A DNA stretch of 64,000 nt from Paraspadella gotoi. Taxonomy: Eukaryota; Animalia; Chaetognatha. Each line of letters opens with the position of its first letter. Positions within the stretch are counted from its first letter, which is position 1. This document shows positions 11,219-26,013 of this stretch, in pieces. The notes beneath the pieces were generated by a model. The model worked only from the letters and a program-made list of their open reading frames with translations. It did no database searches and was not told the DNA's origin. A program made the translations under genes and the position numbers. The stretch is from NCBI GenBank assembly GCA_051294375.1, contig CM119265.1, positions 23,776,669 to 23,840,668 of the forward strand. Reading direction: 5' to 3'.

Positions 11219-12444
11219 ATGGAAGACTCGCCCAATGCGAAAAGGTGATTTACTTATTGATTGCTGGATTAAAAAAAGATTTACTAATTGTTTGATTTAC
11301 CGTTTAATCAATCATATATATCAATTAATGTGCCAGTTCCGCACCCAAAGGGACCTCCATCATTCAAGCGATGAAGGTCCATCCCGCCAGATCCTTTGAC
11401 GAGTGGGAGAAGGAAGCGCTCGTCCACGAGATCTCTCTGCTTAAAGGTGAGACTTTCCTTGAAGTCGATGGAATGGATCGTCCGCAATAGCGTTATCCTC
11501 TCTTTTTGGATACATATGTGTCATACATTTAAATCGGGAGGTGGCATATGTAGCAAATAAAACCATTAGCTTCCTCCCACCCATTAATCTCAGAAAAGCT
11601 TCGCGTTGCTCACGCCACCGTCAGCAACGCCCGCGCCGCGCTGCTGCTAGAGAAACAGCGGACGCGCCGCTGCGTCGCCGCTTGGCGTCAGCGCGTCGAC
11701 GAGGGCACGGAGCAGCTGCGTCGTCAAAAACTGCAGCACGAAGCGACGTCGCTGCGGCAAAGGCTGCAGCACGACCAGCAGATGGAGCGAATCGCCGGCA
11801 GCTTGGCCCTGTTCGAAGAGCAGCTGCGGCAGGAGCAGAGCAACATCGTGGCGACACTGGAGGAGAAAGAGACGAAGATCGCGACGCAGCGGCGCAGGAT
11901 TCAGGCGCTGGCGGCAGCAAATCAGCGCTTGATGAAGGTGGGAAAGATTTCAGTGGAAATTGAGAGAATGAAAAATCTGGCTGGACTTTTCTACGTTAAG
12001 CAAGATTCTCCGCGATTTTATTTTTAGGGCAAAACTCACTGTTGCCTCGACGATAGAGGCGCTATATCAGAAGACGATCTCTCCTCCACGCCTCGTTGTA
12101 AAGGCGTCGGCGCCGAGGACGAAGTTCTTGGTTTCAAACCGGCGTCGCCAACGCCAAAACCGTCGCCGCATTCAAAACCGGCGCGATCTTCGCACCGGCG
12201 CCTCCTCCAAACTCTGCTCAATCTTCCCAGCGACGGTGAAGAGTCAACCAACGGCGTCGACGCCAAAGAGAGAAAGAAATCGGCGCCGCGAATGAGCGGC
12301 GCCGCCAAGGAGAAGGTCTCTGGCGGCGCCAATCGTCTCGTCAGACGCGCCTCTTCTTCCTTGAGGAACTGGTGGAGCTTCTCCGATCGATCGAGGACGA
12401 CGAGGACAGCGGCGGTGGCGGATGGCACTCCGATTTCGATCTAG
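11219..12444 (+). CDS. Uncharacterised coiled-coil protein, 4 exons (11219-11244, 11337-11446, 11594-11937, 12028-12444)
   Basis: GT-AG introns with matching phases (2,1,0) give MEDSPNAKSSAPKG...EWEKEALVHEISLLKEKLR...QMERIAGSLALFEEQLRQEQSNIVATLEEKETKIATQRRRIQAL...GTPISI*; GC-rich exons. Last-exon frame is less certain. Confidence 0.7.
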
Positions 12445-13206
12445 CCTCGTCCCGCCGACACGCCGTTCACCCTCACTCCGCCAAGCCCCCGCCTTCCCGC
12501 AAAACAACCGCCGCCCCCGCACCAAAACAACCGCCGCCCCCGTCCCCGCCGCCAAAACAACCGCCGCCGCCGCCAAGACGCCTTCTCGCCGCAGCAGCCT
12601 GTCAAGAACCTTCAAGGCGCTGTTGTCTCCGCAGCCGAAGAGCGCGACCTCGAAAGGAGAGAAGAATTATGGGTCTCGGAGTTCGGAGAATATATTTTCG
12701 GGGTCAGGATGAACGCGAGGTCCTTTGATTTTTTTTGGTTTGTTTTGTAAACATTCTCTATTGAGAATATATATAAACCAAACGGTTATATACGTTCAAT
12801 TTGTATTTAAAATTTTAAAAAATGGCGGTTGATTTGAAATACAATTATTTACTAAACCGTTTTCGCGATTGTATTTTATAACGATTCATGTCCGGGATCT
12901 TAATGAAGAATAAGCAGATCGATTAAAAAACAATTTTATATTAGCCTAGTATTCCATACGTTTTCAAATAATAATAATAATAATTAATATAAGTAAGTAT
13001 GTATAAGTTAAATAAAAATATAAAAAACACTTAGAAACAAATAACTAATAAAGGAAAACGAGAAGTAACCTTTAAAAAGGTACGAATTGAACTAAACAGA
13101 AAAAACAAAATAGAATAAAAATAAAATAAACATAAAAAACAAAAGGGAAGCGATTTTCGGCCGCAGTTTCTTCTTCTATCTCGTAACGGCAGGGGCGCGC
13201 TGCGGG

Positions 13207-13380
13207 CGGTGATAGGGGGGATGGCTGCGAGGGCGTTGTGGACTGCTTTGGCGGTTATAGAAACAATGTCTGCGTGGGCTTTGTGGACTGCGTGGGTGGT
13301 GATAGAAACAATGTCTGCGTGGGCTTTGTGGACTGCGTGGGTGGTGATAGAAACAATGTCTGCGTGGGAGTTGTGGGACG
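13207..13380. repeat. 45-bp tandem repeat (ggtgatagaaacaatgtctgcgtgggctttgtggactgcgtgggt, ~3.5 copies)
   Basis: Direct reading. Confidence 0.9.
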
Positions 13381-14380
13381 TGGGTGACGATACAGACGAG
13401 GGCGGAGCAACCTTCGTATCTTCGTCCCTTCGCTCGATTCTTTTACGCCTCTCGTCTTCCTAACTCAAGGTCAAACTTTTCTTTCGCGCGAGGTGGCGCG
13501 TCGTCGGTGGCAGCGGCGGCGGGGGATGCTGCACCGGCAGCGTAGGGTGCGGCCTGCAAACGATACCGGTCGCCTCGAGGCGCCAGGGTTGATAATAGTG
13601 GCTCTGATGGCTGTGGCGGAGAAATAGGAGAGGGCAATGAACGAGCCAGGCGAATAAATTGTTTCTCGTCGGTTCGAAAGCGTTGGGAGCTGGAAATAAC
13701 CGGTTGCGAAGGAAGAATTGATGTTGAAGAAATGATGGCGTAATGGAGTGATGAGAGAGATTTTTATTGCGATGACGTGTTTATTGATTTTCGATTCACG
13801 ACGAAACAATGACGACGTAAAATATAAAATCTATCCGAAATGAATTGTTAAAATTTAAAATTCACTGTTGGCGCGACGAGGAAGAAGAAGAAGCAGAAGA
13901 CGAAAGAAGAAGACGAAAGAAGAAGAGCAATAAATCAAAAGCCATCGAAAGAAATGCAAAAGGTCGTGAGGACGAGAGCGAGGACGAAGAGAAGAGCCTC
14001 TTCAATCTTCATCTTTTCCCTTTACGTCTCCCGTTCCTTTTTTTTTTTTTTTTAGTCCCACTGTGCTCAAATAACTTTTTTTTTTCAGCTTGAAATCCAC
14101 TGTGATCTTTTCTTCAGGGCGAAATGACGGAAATTAATGACGGAATTAGTGGTAACTTGTCATATGGAGTGTTCCGGCTTCCGTCTTCAATGTTTTAAAA
14201 GTTTTGTTACTAGTCTACTATAAAAAAAATTCAGAAATCGGAAAGGACGGCAAATGAGTTTGAAAAGTCGACTTGGGTTTTTGAAATGAGTTTTTCTCGT
14301 TCAAGAAAAAAAATAGCGGGAGCGTTCTGGAAACTATGAATAGAAAACGAGTCCAACTGGGGTTTTAAGAAATGGAATAG

Positions 14381-14491
<111 letters not shown>

Positions 14492-15289
14492 AATGTTGCG
14501 GAAAGAGCGACCCAATACGTGCGTTGCATTTATTTCCACGTTTTGCGATGGTTGTAATTGTAAATTTGTAAAGAAAGCGATTATTATAATCATTTCAATT
14601 ATTTTTTTCCCCTTTTCTTCTTTTCCTCTATTTTTTCTTTTGGCTTTTCCGTGGATTGTAGGAGGTAAGTCACATATAACTGAATAACTAGTGAATCTGA
14701 GGATTAAAATTTAGTTGCAAAACTAATTTTAATGAAGAGTAGCAGAACCATTTTTTCTTATTTTTAATATGTTATAAACACCATTACAAAAAAGACACTA
14801 GAGTTTTTGACAGGTATAAATTAAATTATAAATGACTATAAATGTGTCACGGTATTAGATGTTTTATTCTAAATTTAAAAATGAACTTAAGTTTGCCCTG
14901 GTGTGAATATATAGACGATTATTATTATATAGTGGATACATGATGTATTTTTAAGAATTGATTCATTTTAAAAGCAGTGTATAAATATTCGTTAAGTTGG
15001 GATTAATAAGGCACTGCACCCGCGGTATGAAAACCTAGATTAAAGTAGAGAATGTTGGACCCTATTTTAAATTGTCCGTCAGGAGATAGCCGAGTCATTA
15101 CTTAAACAAAATCACTAAAAAATATGAAATAGAAAATCCCCTTAACTTACACTAATAATATTAGTAATATTTCAATAGTGACTCTTTATCACCTGCTCGC
15201 TAAGTACTGTACTACCGAGGAAAACATTTATCATTTTAAGTCCAAAATCTTTTTACCCTTCTATGTAATTAATAATAATAAGAGGAAAT

Positions 15290-15693
15290 TTACAATTTAG
15301 ACAATTCGGTTTGAACGAGTTTTTTCAACGGGTTATCGATGGCGCTGGCGATCGCGTCTTTAACGAGATTAGTAACAAAAGTCACCGCATGTTTGAGGAT
15401 GAAATCCAAGGCGGGACCGAGCCCGTTGACATCGACTGTAACGTCGCCCACTTTCTCGATTTTAAATTCCGTCAGAGTAAAGTTTTTTTTGTCGTTGTGT
15501 GTCTTGGAATAGAATGTATTCAAATTCATTATTCACATAATAAATTAATATCTTTATTATCGCTAACAAAATAGATTATGAGACAAAAAAGCCTTTAGTT
15601 AACATTTAACCTATACGTAAGTTATACAGTGACTTCAATCTGGACCGATACGAAAAGATTTGATTAAACTCGTAATTCTTATTATTTTTATTA

Positions 15694-15746
<53 letters not shown>

Positions 15747-17240
15747 CACATTTATTAGTTAGAAAACTACGTTAATATTGACCTAAAAATATTCAATTTT
15801 CTTAAAAGTAAAATCACAGTGGCTCTGAACTGAAGCGCTGAGTCACTTTTCTTCATTTTTTTATTAACGCTGATTGTAAAGTTTTCTGATATAAAAATTT
15901 AAAAATTTGGTGATAAAGTCAGTTTGGTGATTTGTTATTATAAAAAAAATTTCTCATATAAAACCTAACTTATTTACTATGGTAACTATAATTTATTAAC
16001 AAAGTCGTTTTTTATTATTTTTTTCCCTCAAGCTGAAATTTTTATTTTTAATAGATTTTAAGTGAAAACGTGATAATTATTATCAAGTATTATTCATATC
16101 ATAAATTTTTTTTTTATTCTGGTTCGTGATACATTTACTACAGTATCTTATTAATCATAAAAATGAAGCATGAAAAAAAGTTCAATTGTTTTAATGAAAA
16201 CTGAAGGATTGAAAGTAAGATCCACTTTCAAAGTAAAAATTTCAAAGTAAAAAATGCTTCTTCAGATATTTACTTTCTGAGGAAAATGTTCATAATATAG
16301 CTAGAATAACTTAGCTAGAATGTTAATGATTGGTGGGAAAAAAGTCAAGTATTTTTTTATTAGTACAAAAAAATTTTATAACCCAAATGCTCTCTTTATT
16401 TTGATTATATTACAAGTTTTTTCGTATCTGTCCAGATTGAAGTCCCTGTAGTTGTAGACAGTCTTTTGGTTAAACTATTTAAACAAGTTAAACTATTTAA
16501 CTTTAGTCATTTTCTTACCTCAAATAACTTCATGTGAATTAAGGCGGTGGAAACATTAGCAGTAGCGTCGAACCAGGGGCCGATTTCGTTTATCCTAGCT
16601 TTGAGGCTGACAAACACGAATATTAAATATATACATAGGTAGAACATAAAAGATAAGTGTTTCTGGAAAACAAAAATTGGTTTTGTCATACCCGTAATGA
16701 GCAAACAAATTTTTGAGCTGCAAAATTGCGTCAATTGCGATGCCTTCCTTTTGATACCAAACTTTTGCCTTGCCAAATCTAAAGTAATGTCTTTAAATTT
16801 GGAAAATCGAAAAAAAAAATTAAATCGTAATATCCCACGAAATTACCTTTTCAGGGTTTTAAGACCATAAAGTTGACCCTTGTAGGCTTCAAGTACTCCT
16901 TTAATCGTAAAAGGAAATATTTTGACCTCGAAAGATTCTTTTGAAGATGGCAGTTTCACGGGATCCAAATGTTTTTCAATTTCCGGTCGAATTTTGGAAA
17001 GAAGTTTATCCACAAATTCGTCTGGATTTACTGAGGTAACTGTGGTTTTAAGTTTTAACGTTAACTGTAACATGTCTTAGTCATTGAACCATTAGTTTTT
17101 AAAATAATCTCAATTTGTATGGATATCTTGAATTAATTTAAGCAAAAACAAACAAACAAAAACTCACCCTCCGAAGATGCCATCGTATAAGAGAGAATAA
17201 AAACCACGAAGAAAATTTGCGCTTTGCCAGAGGAACTCAT
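15290..17240 (-). CDS. Secreted group-7-allergen (Der p 7)/TULIP-like lipid-binding protein, paralogue A; 5 exons (17240-17168, 17030-16847, 16778-16692, ~16606-16519, ~15505-15290)
   Basis: Signal peptide MSSSGKAQIFFVVFILSYTMASS, then NPDEFVDKLLSKIRPEIEKHLDPVKLP..GQLYGLKTLKRFGKA..ARINEIGPWF..VTVDVNGLGPALDFIL..LVQTELSKL*. The DPxxLP, GLxxLxRxG and GLG motifs recall that family; exon layout matches paralogue B. Confidence 0.75.
15679..15746. repeat. (ATT)n microsatellite
   Basis: Direct reading. Confidence 0.9.
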
Positions 17241-17886
17241 CTTTTTCCGTCGTACTTATAAAAATAAGAATGTAAGACGAACCTTTATGACTGTTCAATT
17301 TCGTGCTTTGCAGTTTGTCGTAAAACAAAAAAGTGACGCCCGACGAAAAGCAATTCTCAGAAGTCCCCAATCAGGATTCCTCAGCTCCACCAAAAAAGAA
17401 AAAAAAAACAATGTAAAGATTTGAAAATTTAAGGAGTGTATTTAGACGATTAACATTCCTTTTCTATTGAAGTATGTGTGTTTGTTGAACTGAGTGTGTG
17501 TGACCGTGTGACCGGTACGATAGCCTAAATCAAGAGCTGTTTGTACCGTCGATGATCGTTTCAATAACAACTTATGGTTAGTTTTGTTTTTTTATCTGCT
17601 TCAGAAAACTTGTTAGCCGATAATTCCAGTTTGTAGTAAAGCCGGAATATTATTAAAATATGACTATTTAATTTGCTCGAGAGAATCACTGGCTTACTTT
17701 TATTTTTATGCCCAACTGTAATACGAGTGAGAAAAAAACATTTTTCAAAGCGATGACAATTTTAATCGCGATTTAATCAGACTCAGTTCGGACAACGAAT
17801 ATTTTTAACCATAAAGGCATAATTTGGTTTGTTTCAAGTATCTTGTGAAATATTTACAAATGAATTCGCCACATCCATATCATACA

Positions 17887-20800
17887 TCACCACAGCAGAG
17901 TCGTGACACCAGCAAGAAATAAAATTCTTAAAAAAAACCCCTTCGTCTCAACTTTGATTCCTGATCGACCACCAGATTTGGACGAAATCGCGGCCTTTTT
18001 GCTTTGTTGTTGTTTTCTCTTCAAATCGGGACGGGATTTCTGACGGACGGAGCCCTTGGAAACGGATTTGGGAGGCGATTCGAGAGAGAGCGAGATCTTT
18101 CCCAACTCCTTGCCGACGAGCGATTTGAGCGGGGCGTCTATGGCGCTGGCGACGGCCTTCTTGACGGTGTTGGAGAGAAAAGTGACTGAATGTTTGAGGA
18201 TGTAGTCCAAAGCGGGTCCAAGCCCCTGGACGCTGACGGCCACGTCACCGACTTGATTGATTTTAAATTCGGTCAGGGAAAGAGGGGTTTCTTTGTCGAA
18301 CGACTGTGGGAGGTGTGGCCCACGAAAATGCGTAGATTAATTGGTGTGGGTAATAGTTTTCAGCGACAGAATTTTATTTCGTTTTTACCTGAAAGAATTT
18401 AGATCGAATCAAAGCAGAGGACACCTTTGCGGTGGCGGTGAACCATGGGCCGATTCCTTGAAATCTGGCTTTCACTCTGACAAAAAGAAATTATAATCAC
18501 AAGCACAAAAAAACAAGTTTGAGCAAACAATGTCGGATCGGCCTACGATAATTAAGTGGTAATAAGCTAACTTGGTCAACTTGCATAATTTAATCAACTT
18601 GCATTATTTGGTCAACTGGCATAATTTGGTCAACTGACATAATTTCGTCAGCTGGCATAATTTGGTCAACTGACATAATTTGGTCAACTGACATAATTTG
18701 GTCAACTGACTGAATTTGTTTAACTGACATAATTTGGTTAACTGACATAATTTGTTCAACTGACAAAATTTGGTCAACTGACATAATTTAGTCAATTAAC
18801 ATAATTTGGTCAACCGGCATAATTTGGTCAACTGGCATAATTTTATCAACTGGCATAATTTGTTTAAATAGTGAAATAGATTTTTTTGTTTTTTCCTTTT
18901 AAACCAATTTCCACCCACACGATTCTATTAAAACTTCATATCCATCTCAATCCCACAGTTTCCTACCCACACACAAAATTTTATACCAATCCATCCATCC
19001 AAGCACGAGTAATTGAAGTTTTTTTCTAAGGGGGGACGGACAGACGGACAGATGGACAGATGGACAGACGGACGAACGGACATCATTTTTTTTGCATAAT
19101 TTATCAAAATTCGAGGTTCTGATATGATAATAATGATTTACCGACAATATTTTGGGGTGGGACCGACGGACCGACAAAGTGAATTATAGAGTCGGAATCT
19201 GCAGATCCGACTAAAAATGCACTCGTAACTCTTTGAAAAATTTTGAGCTCAACTTTAATTCTTATAATTTCACTTTACCATATACTTATCTATCCCTCAA
19301 AACTTATTTCTTCAAATTTCAAACTTTCTTTTCAAATCTCAAAATTTATTTTTAACTAATTTATTAGTAATTAATTGTTACACATATTTTGCGATTTGTA
19401 CATTACACAATGTATCTTTTTGAACTGTGCTTTCTCTCTCTCTCTCTCTCTCTCAACCTTCTTTATACACAAAAATTATTACTATTTCACAACTGTTAAA
19501 ATTTGCGCTGATGAAGGTTCGAAATATGAACCGAAACATGTCCGTTTTTTCAAATAAAAACTCGTTGCTGTAATCAAATTCAAATTTTTCTGTATAACAC
19601 AAACGCAACGAAAAAGAAAGGAAATGAACACAAAATTTTACCCGTATTCAGCGACAAGGTTGTCCAGTCGCAAAATTGTGTCGATTGTGATTCCATTATT
19701 TTCAAACGAAATCTCGGCCTCGCCAACTCTAGAGTCGGGACAAATAGATAATAAACGATTATGGCGCTAATCAATAATTAGATAATAATATGTGGATAAG
19801 GCGCTAAGTGAGGCTGAAGAGTATACTATCCGCAACTTCTTTAACGCCCTCTAGCAGCCGTGGAACGGGTCCTGGGCTTGGAATCAGGCTTGAGGGTTTT
19901 CCACGCCGCCATGGCGGCTTACGGCCATCTTCAAGCTTCCCGCGGGGTAGGTACTGGGTTGGGATTGAACCCGGTGCCTAGTGGTCATGAGCTGATGGCT
20001 TTACTCAATGAGCCACCAGGTGAACTTATGCAATGCCCGACTACAATAATACCTTCTGAGGCTACTTAGTCCAAACAGTTTGCCATCATAGGCTTCGACG
20101 ACTCCCTTAAACGTCACCAGCCAAACTGTTTCCTCAAATGATTCCTTTGCAGATGGAAGATTCACGGGATCCAAATGTTCTTTTATTTCCGGTCGAATTT
20201 TTGACAGGATTCCGTCAACGAATTCATCACGATTTTCTTTACAAAAATTAAATAATTACTGATTTTAACCAGATTTTATGAAATTTAAGTTATATCCGAT
20301 CAATTTCATAATGATAATAGTAATAATGGTTATAAAGCCGAATAATAATAAATAAAGCAATAAATAATAAAGCGTTCCCTGCCAGCGCTTAAAAAACTGA
20401 AAAAAGACAGACGTAGAGGCAACCCAATTTGGTTCATATAGCTTTGTTTTCCCAGAAAGATCTATTTTGTCTTTAATTCTTAATTAAATTAATTTTTGTA
20501 GTTAAAGCTTAAGTAAAAGATTAGATGTAAGGATTAGATAAGTGATTAAGGTGATGAACTTCGTTTTTGATTTGGGTAAAGACTAGTATTTAAAATTAAA
20601 GATTAGGGTTAGAATTTAGTGATATAGGTTTAAGTTAATTGTTCAGGAATAACTTATAAGTTTAAATTAAAAATTAAGATTTGATTACAAAGTAGTAGAG
20701 TTTTTAACTTGTATTTTTACATTCGGACTCGAAAAGATACAAAAAATTAAGATTAAAATAAAACAGAAAATCCTCGGAAAAGAGAGAACAAAAGTCTTTA

Positions 20801-20924
20801 ACTTTCAACCACCGAATATGCTATTATCATATTATCATAAAAAATAGTTATTTTAATACGAACCTATTTGGCCAACGACGTAAGTAATAATTAAGAAGAA
20901 AAACAACATTGATAAATTTTCCAT
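17887..20924 (-). CDS. Group-7-allergen/TULIP-like protein, paralogue B, with a C-terminal extension and hydrophobic tail; 5 exons (20924-20864, ~20236-20053, ~19728-19642, ~18476-18389, ~18303-17887)
   Basis: MENLSMLFFFLIITYVVGQI|ENRDEFVDGILSKIRPEIKEHLDPVNLP..GKLFGLSSLRR|VGEAEI..|VKARFQGIGPWF..|..VSVQGLGPALDYIL..GFFLRILFLAGVTTLLW*; same intron phases as paralogue A. Confidence 0.78.
18511..19217 (-). mobile_element. Helentron-associated non-autonomous element (HINE/DINE-1-like), full length
   Basis: On - strand: ttttagtcggatctgc-agattccgac 5' subTIR/hairpin, (GTCY)n microsatellite (~19035-19080), central tandem array, 3' subTIR gccgatccgac, gtttgctcaaac hairpin, ttgtt. Matches 51317-51803. 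Confidence 0.8.
18570..18865. repeat. 18-bp minisatellite (ttggtcaactgRcataat, ~16 copies) inside the HINE
   Basis: Direct reading; accounts for ORFs 18590-18784 and 18604-18795. Confidence 0.95.
19502..19548 (+). ncRNA. Minimal type-I hammerhead ribozyme of Penelope-like-element (pLTR) type
   Basis: gcg-CTGATGA-a-GGTTC-gaaatat-GAACC-GAAA-catgTC-cgt: intact core, 5-bp stem II, palindromic ACATGT in place of stem III, short stem I, AATAAA just downstream. Confidence 0.75.
19785..20017 (-). mobile_element. tRNA-headed SINE-like repeat, family 2
   Basis: On - strand ggtggctcattgagtaaagc (A-box-like) ... gggttcaatcc (B box); body shares aacgggtc(c)tgggcttg..gagggt (+ reading) with ~53780-53800. 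Confidence 0.6.
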
Positions 20925-21342
20925 TTCGACCGATTCACTTAAAATAACTTTTTCATTAATTTTTTTCGAACGGTTAGTTCATACATACGATTCTTCGTCT
21001 TAATTGTTTAAACGTCGATCTCTAGAATTTGAAAATTTCTCAGAAATATCTTCATTCCCCAAATGTTATAAGTTATATAAGTTGGGTCGGCCTGACGACG
21101 AGAGAAAAAAAAATAGCCTGCTGGAAAACCGGTTTTTTTCGATATAAACAGTTTTATAATAGAATCTTAATTCTTATTAACTTATTTTCAGAATTCATTA
21201 CTGCGGATGTAATTTAAAGAAAAGGAACGACTCTCACTCTGGTTTTGAAGACTTTATTTTCAATTTAAAAAAAAAAAATAATATATTTCATCCTCTCTCT
21301 CTAAAATATAAGTCAGGGGCAAATATAAGTCCGGCAAATATA

Positions 21343-21412
21343 AGTCAGGGGCAAGATAGCTTATTTATTAAATGAATGGATAATTTTTATATTGGTTGTA
21401 ACAATTTCATAT
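21343..21412 (+). repeat. Dispersed short repeat (aagtcaggggcaagatagcttatttat...atattggttgtaccaatttcata)
   Basis: Similar copies at ~26482-26610, ~26812-26890, ~52411-52500 and ~53170-53273. Confidence 0.8.
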
Positions 21413-21724
21413 ATTCATTATCCTCTAATTAAAGTTTTCTCGAGTGTGGAGCAATTTCATTTCCGTCTCTCTCGACAACCCCCCCCCCACATCCCTCCCC
21501 CCTCAACTCAATCCCTTCGATAATCTCGTTCGAGAAAAAAAGTTTTTATTAGAATGAATCCTTGACGTGACGATCTCAGGGCAGCCGCCGACTTCCTTCA
21601 GCTCGTATCGAGGCAAAGGTCAAACCACTTTGGATCGAGTTTCGATATCCGACAACAAAATTACTAAAGTCGTCTTACGTAAAAAAAAATGAAGAAATAA
21701 AAAAAAACAGTCTCGAAAGGAAGG

Positions 21725-26013
<4,289 letters not shown>

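Noticed and set aside
18570-18865. Regular short repeats (also 41995-42318) as a CRISPR array or repeat protein
   Set aside because: Head-to-tail units without unique spacers, no cas genes, eukaryotic introns; the ORFs are repeat artefacts.
19940-20017. tRNA gene (also 38350-38420, 50400-51045)
   Set aside because: A/B-box-like motifs only; no complete cloverleaf, and they run into repeat bodies, so treated as SINE heads.
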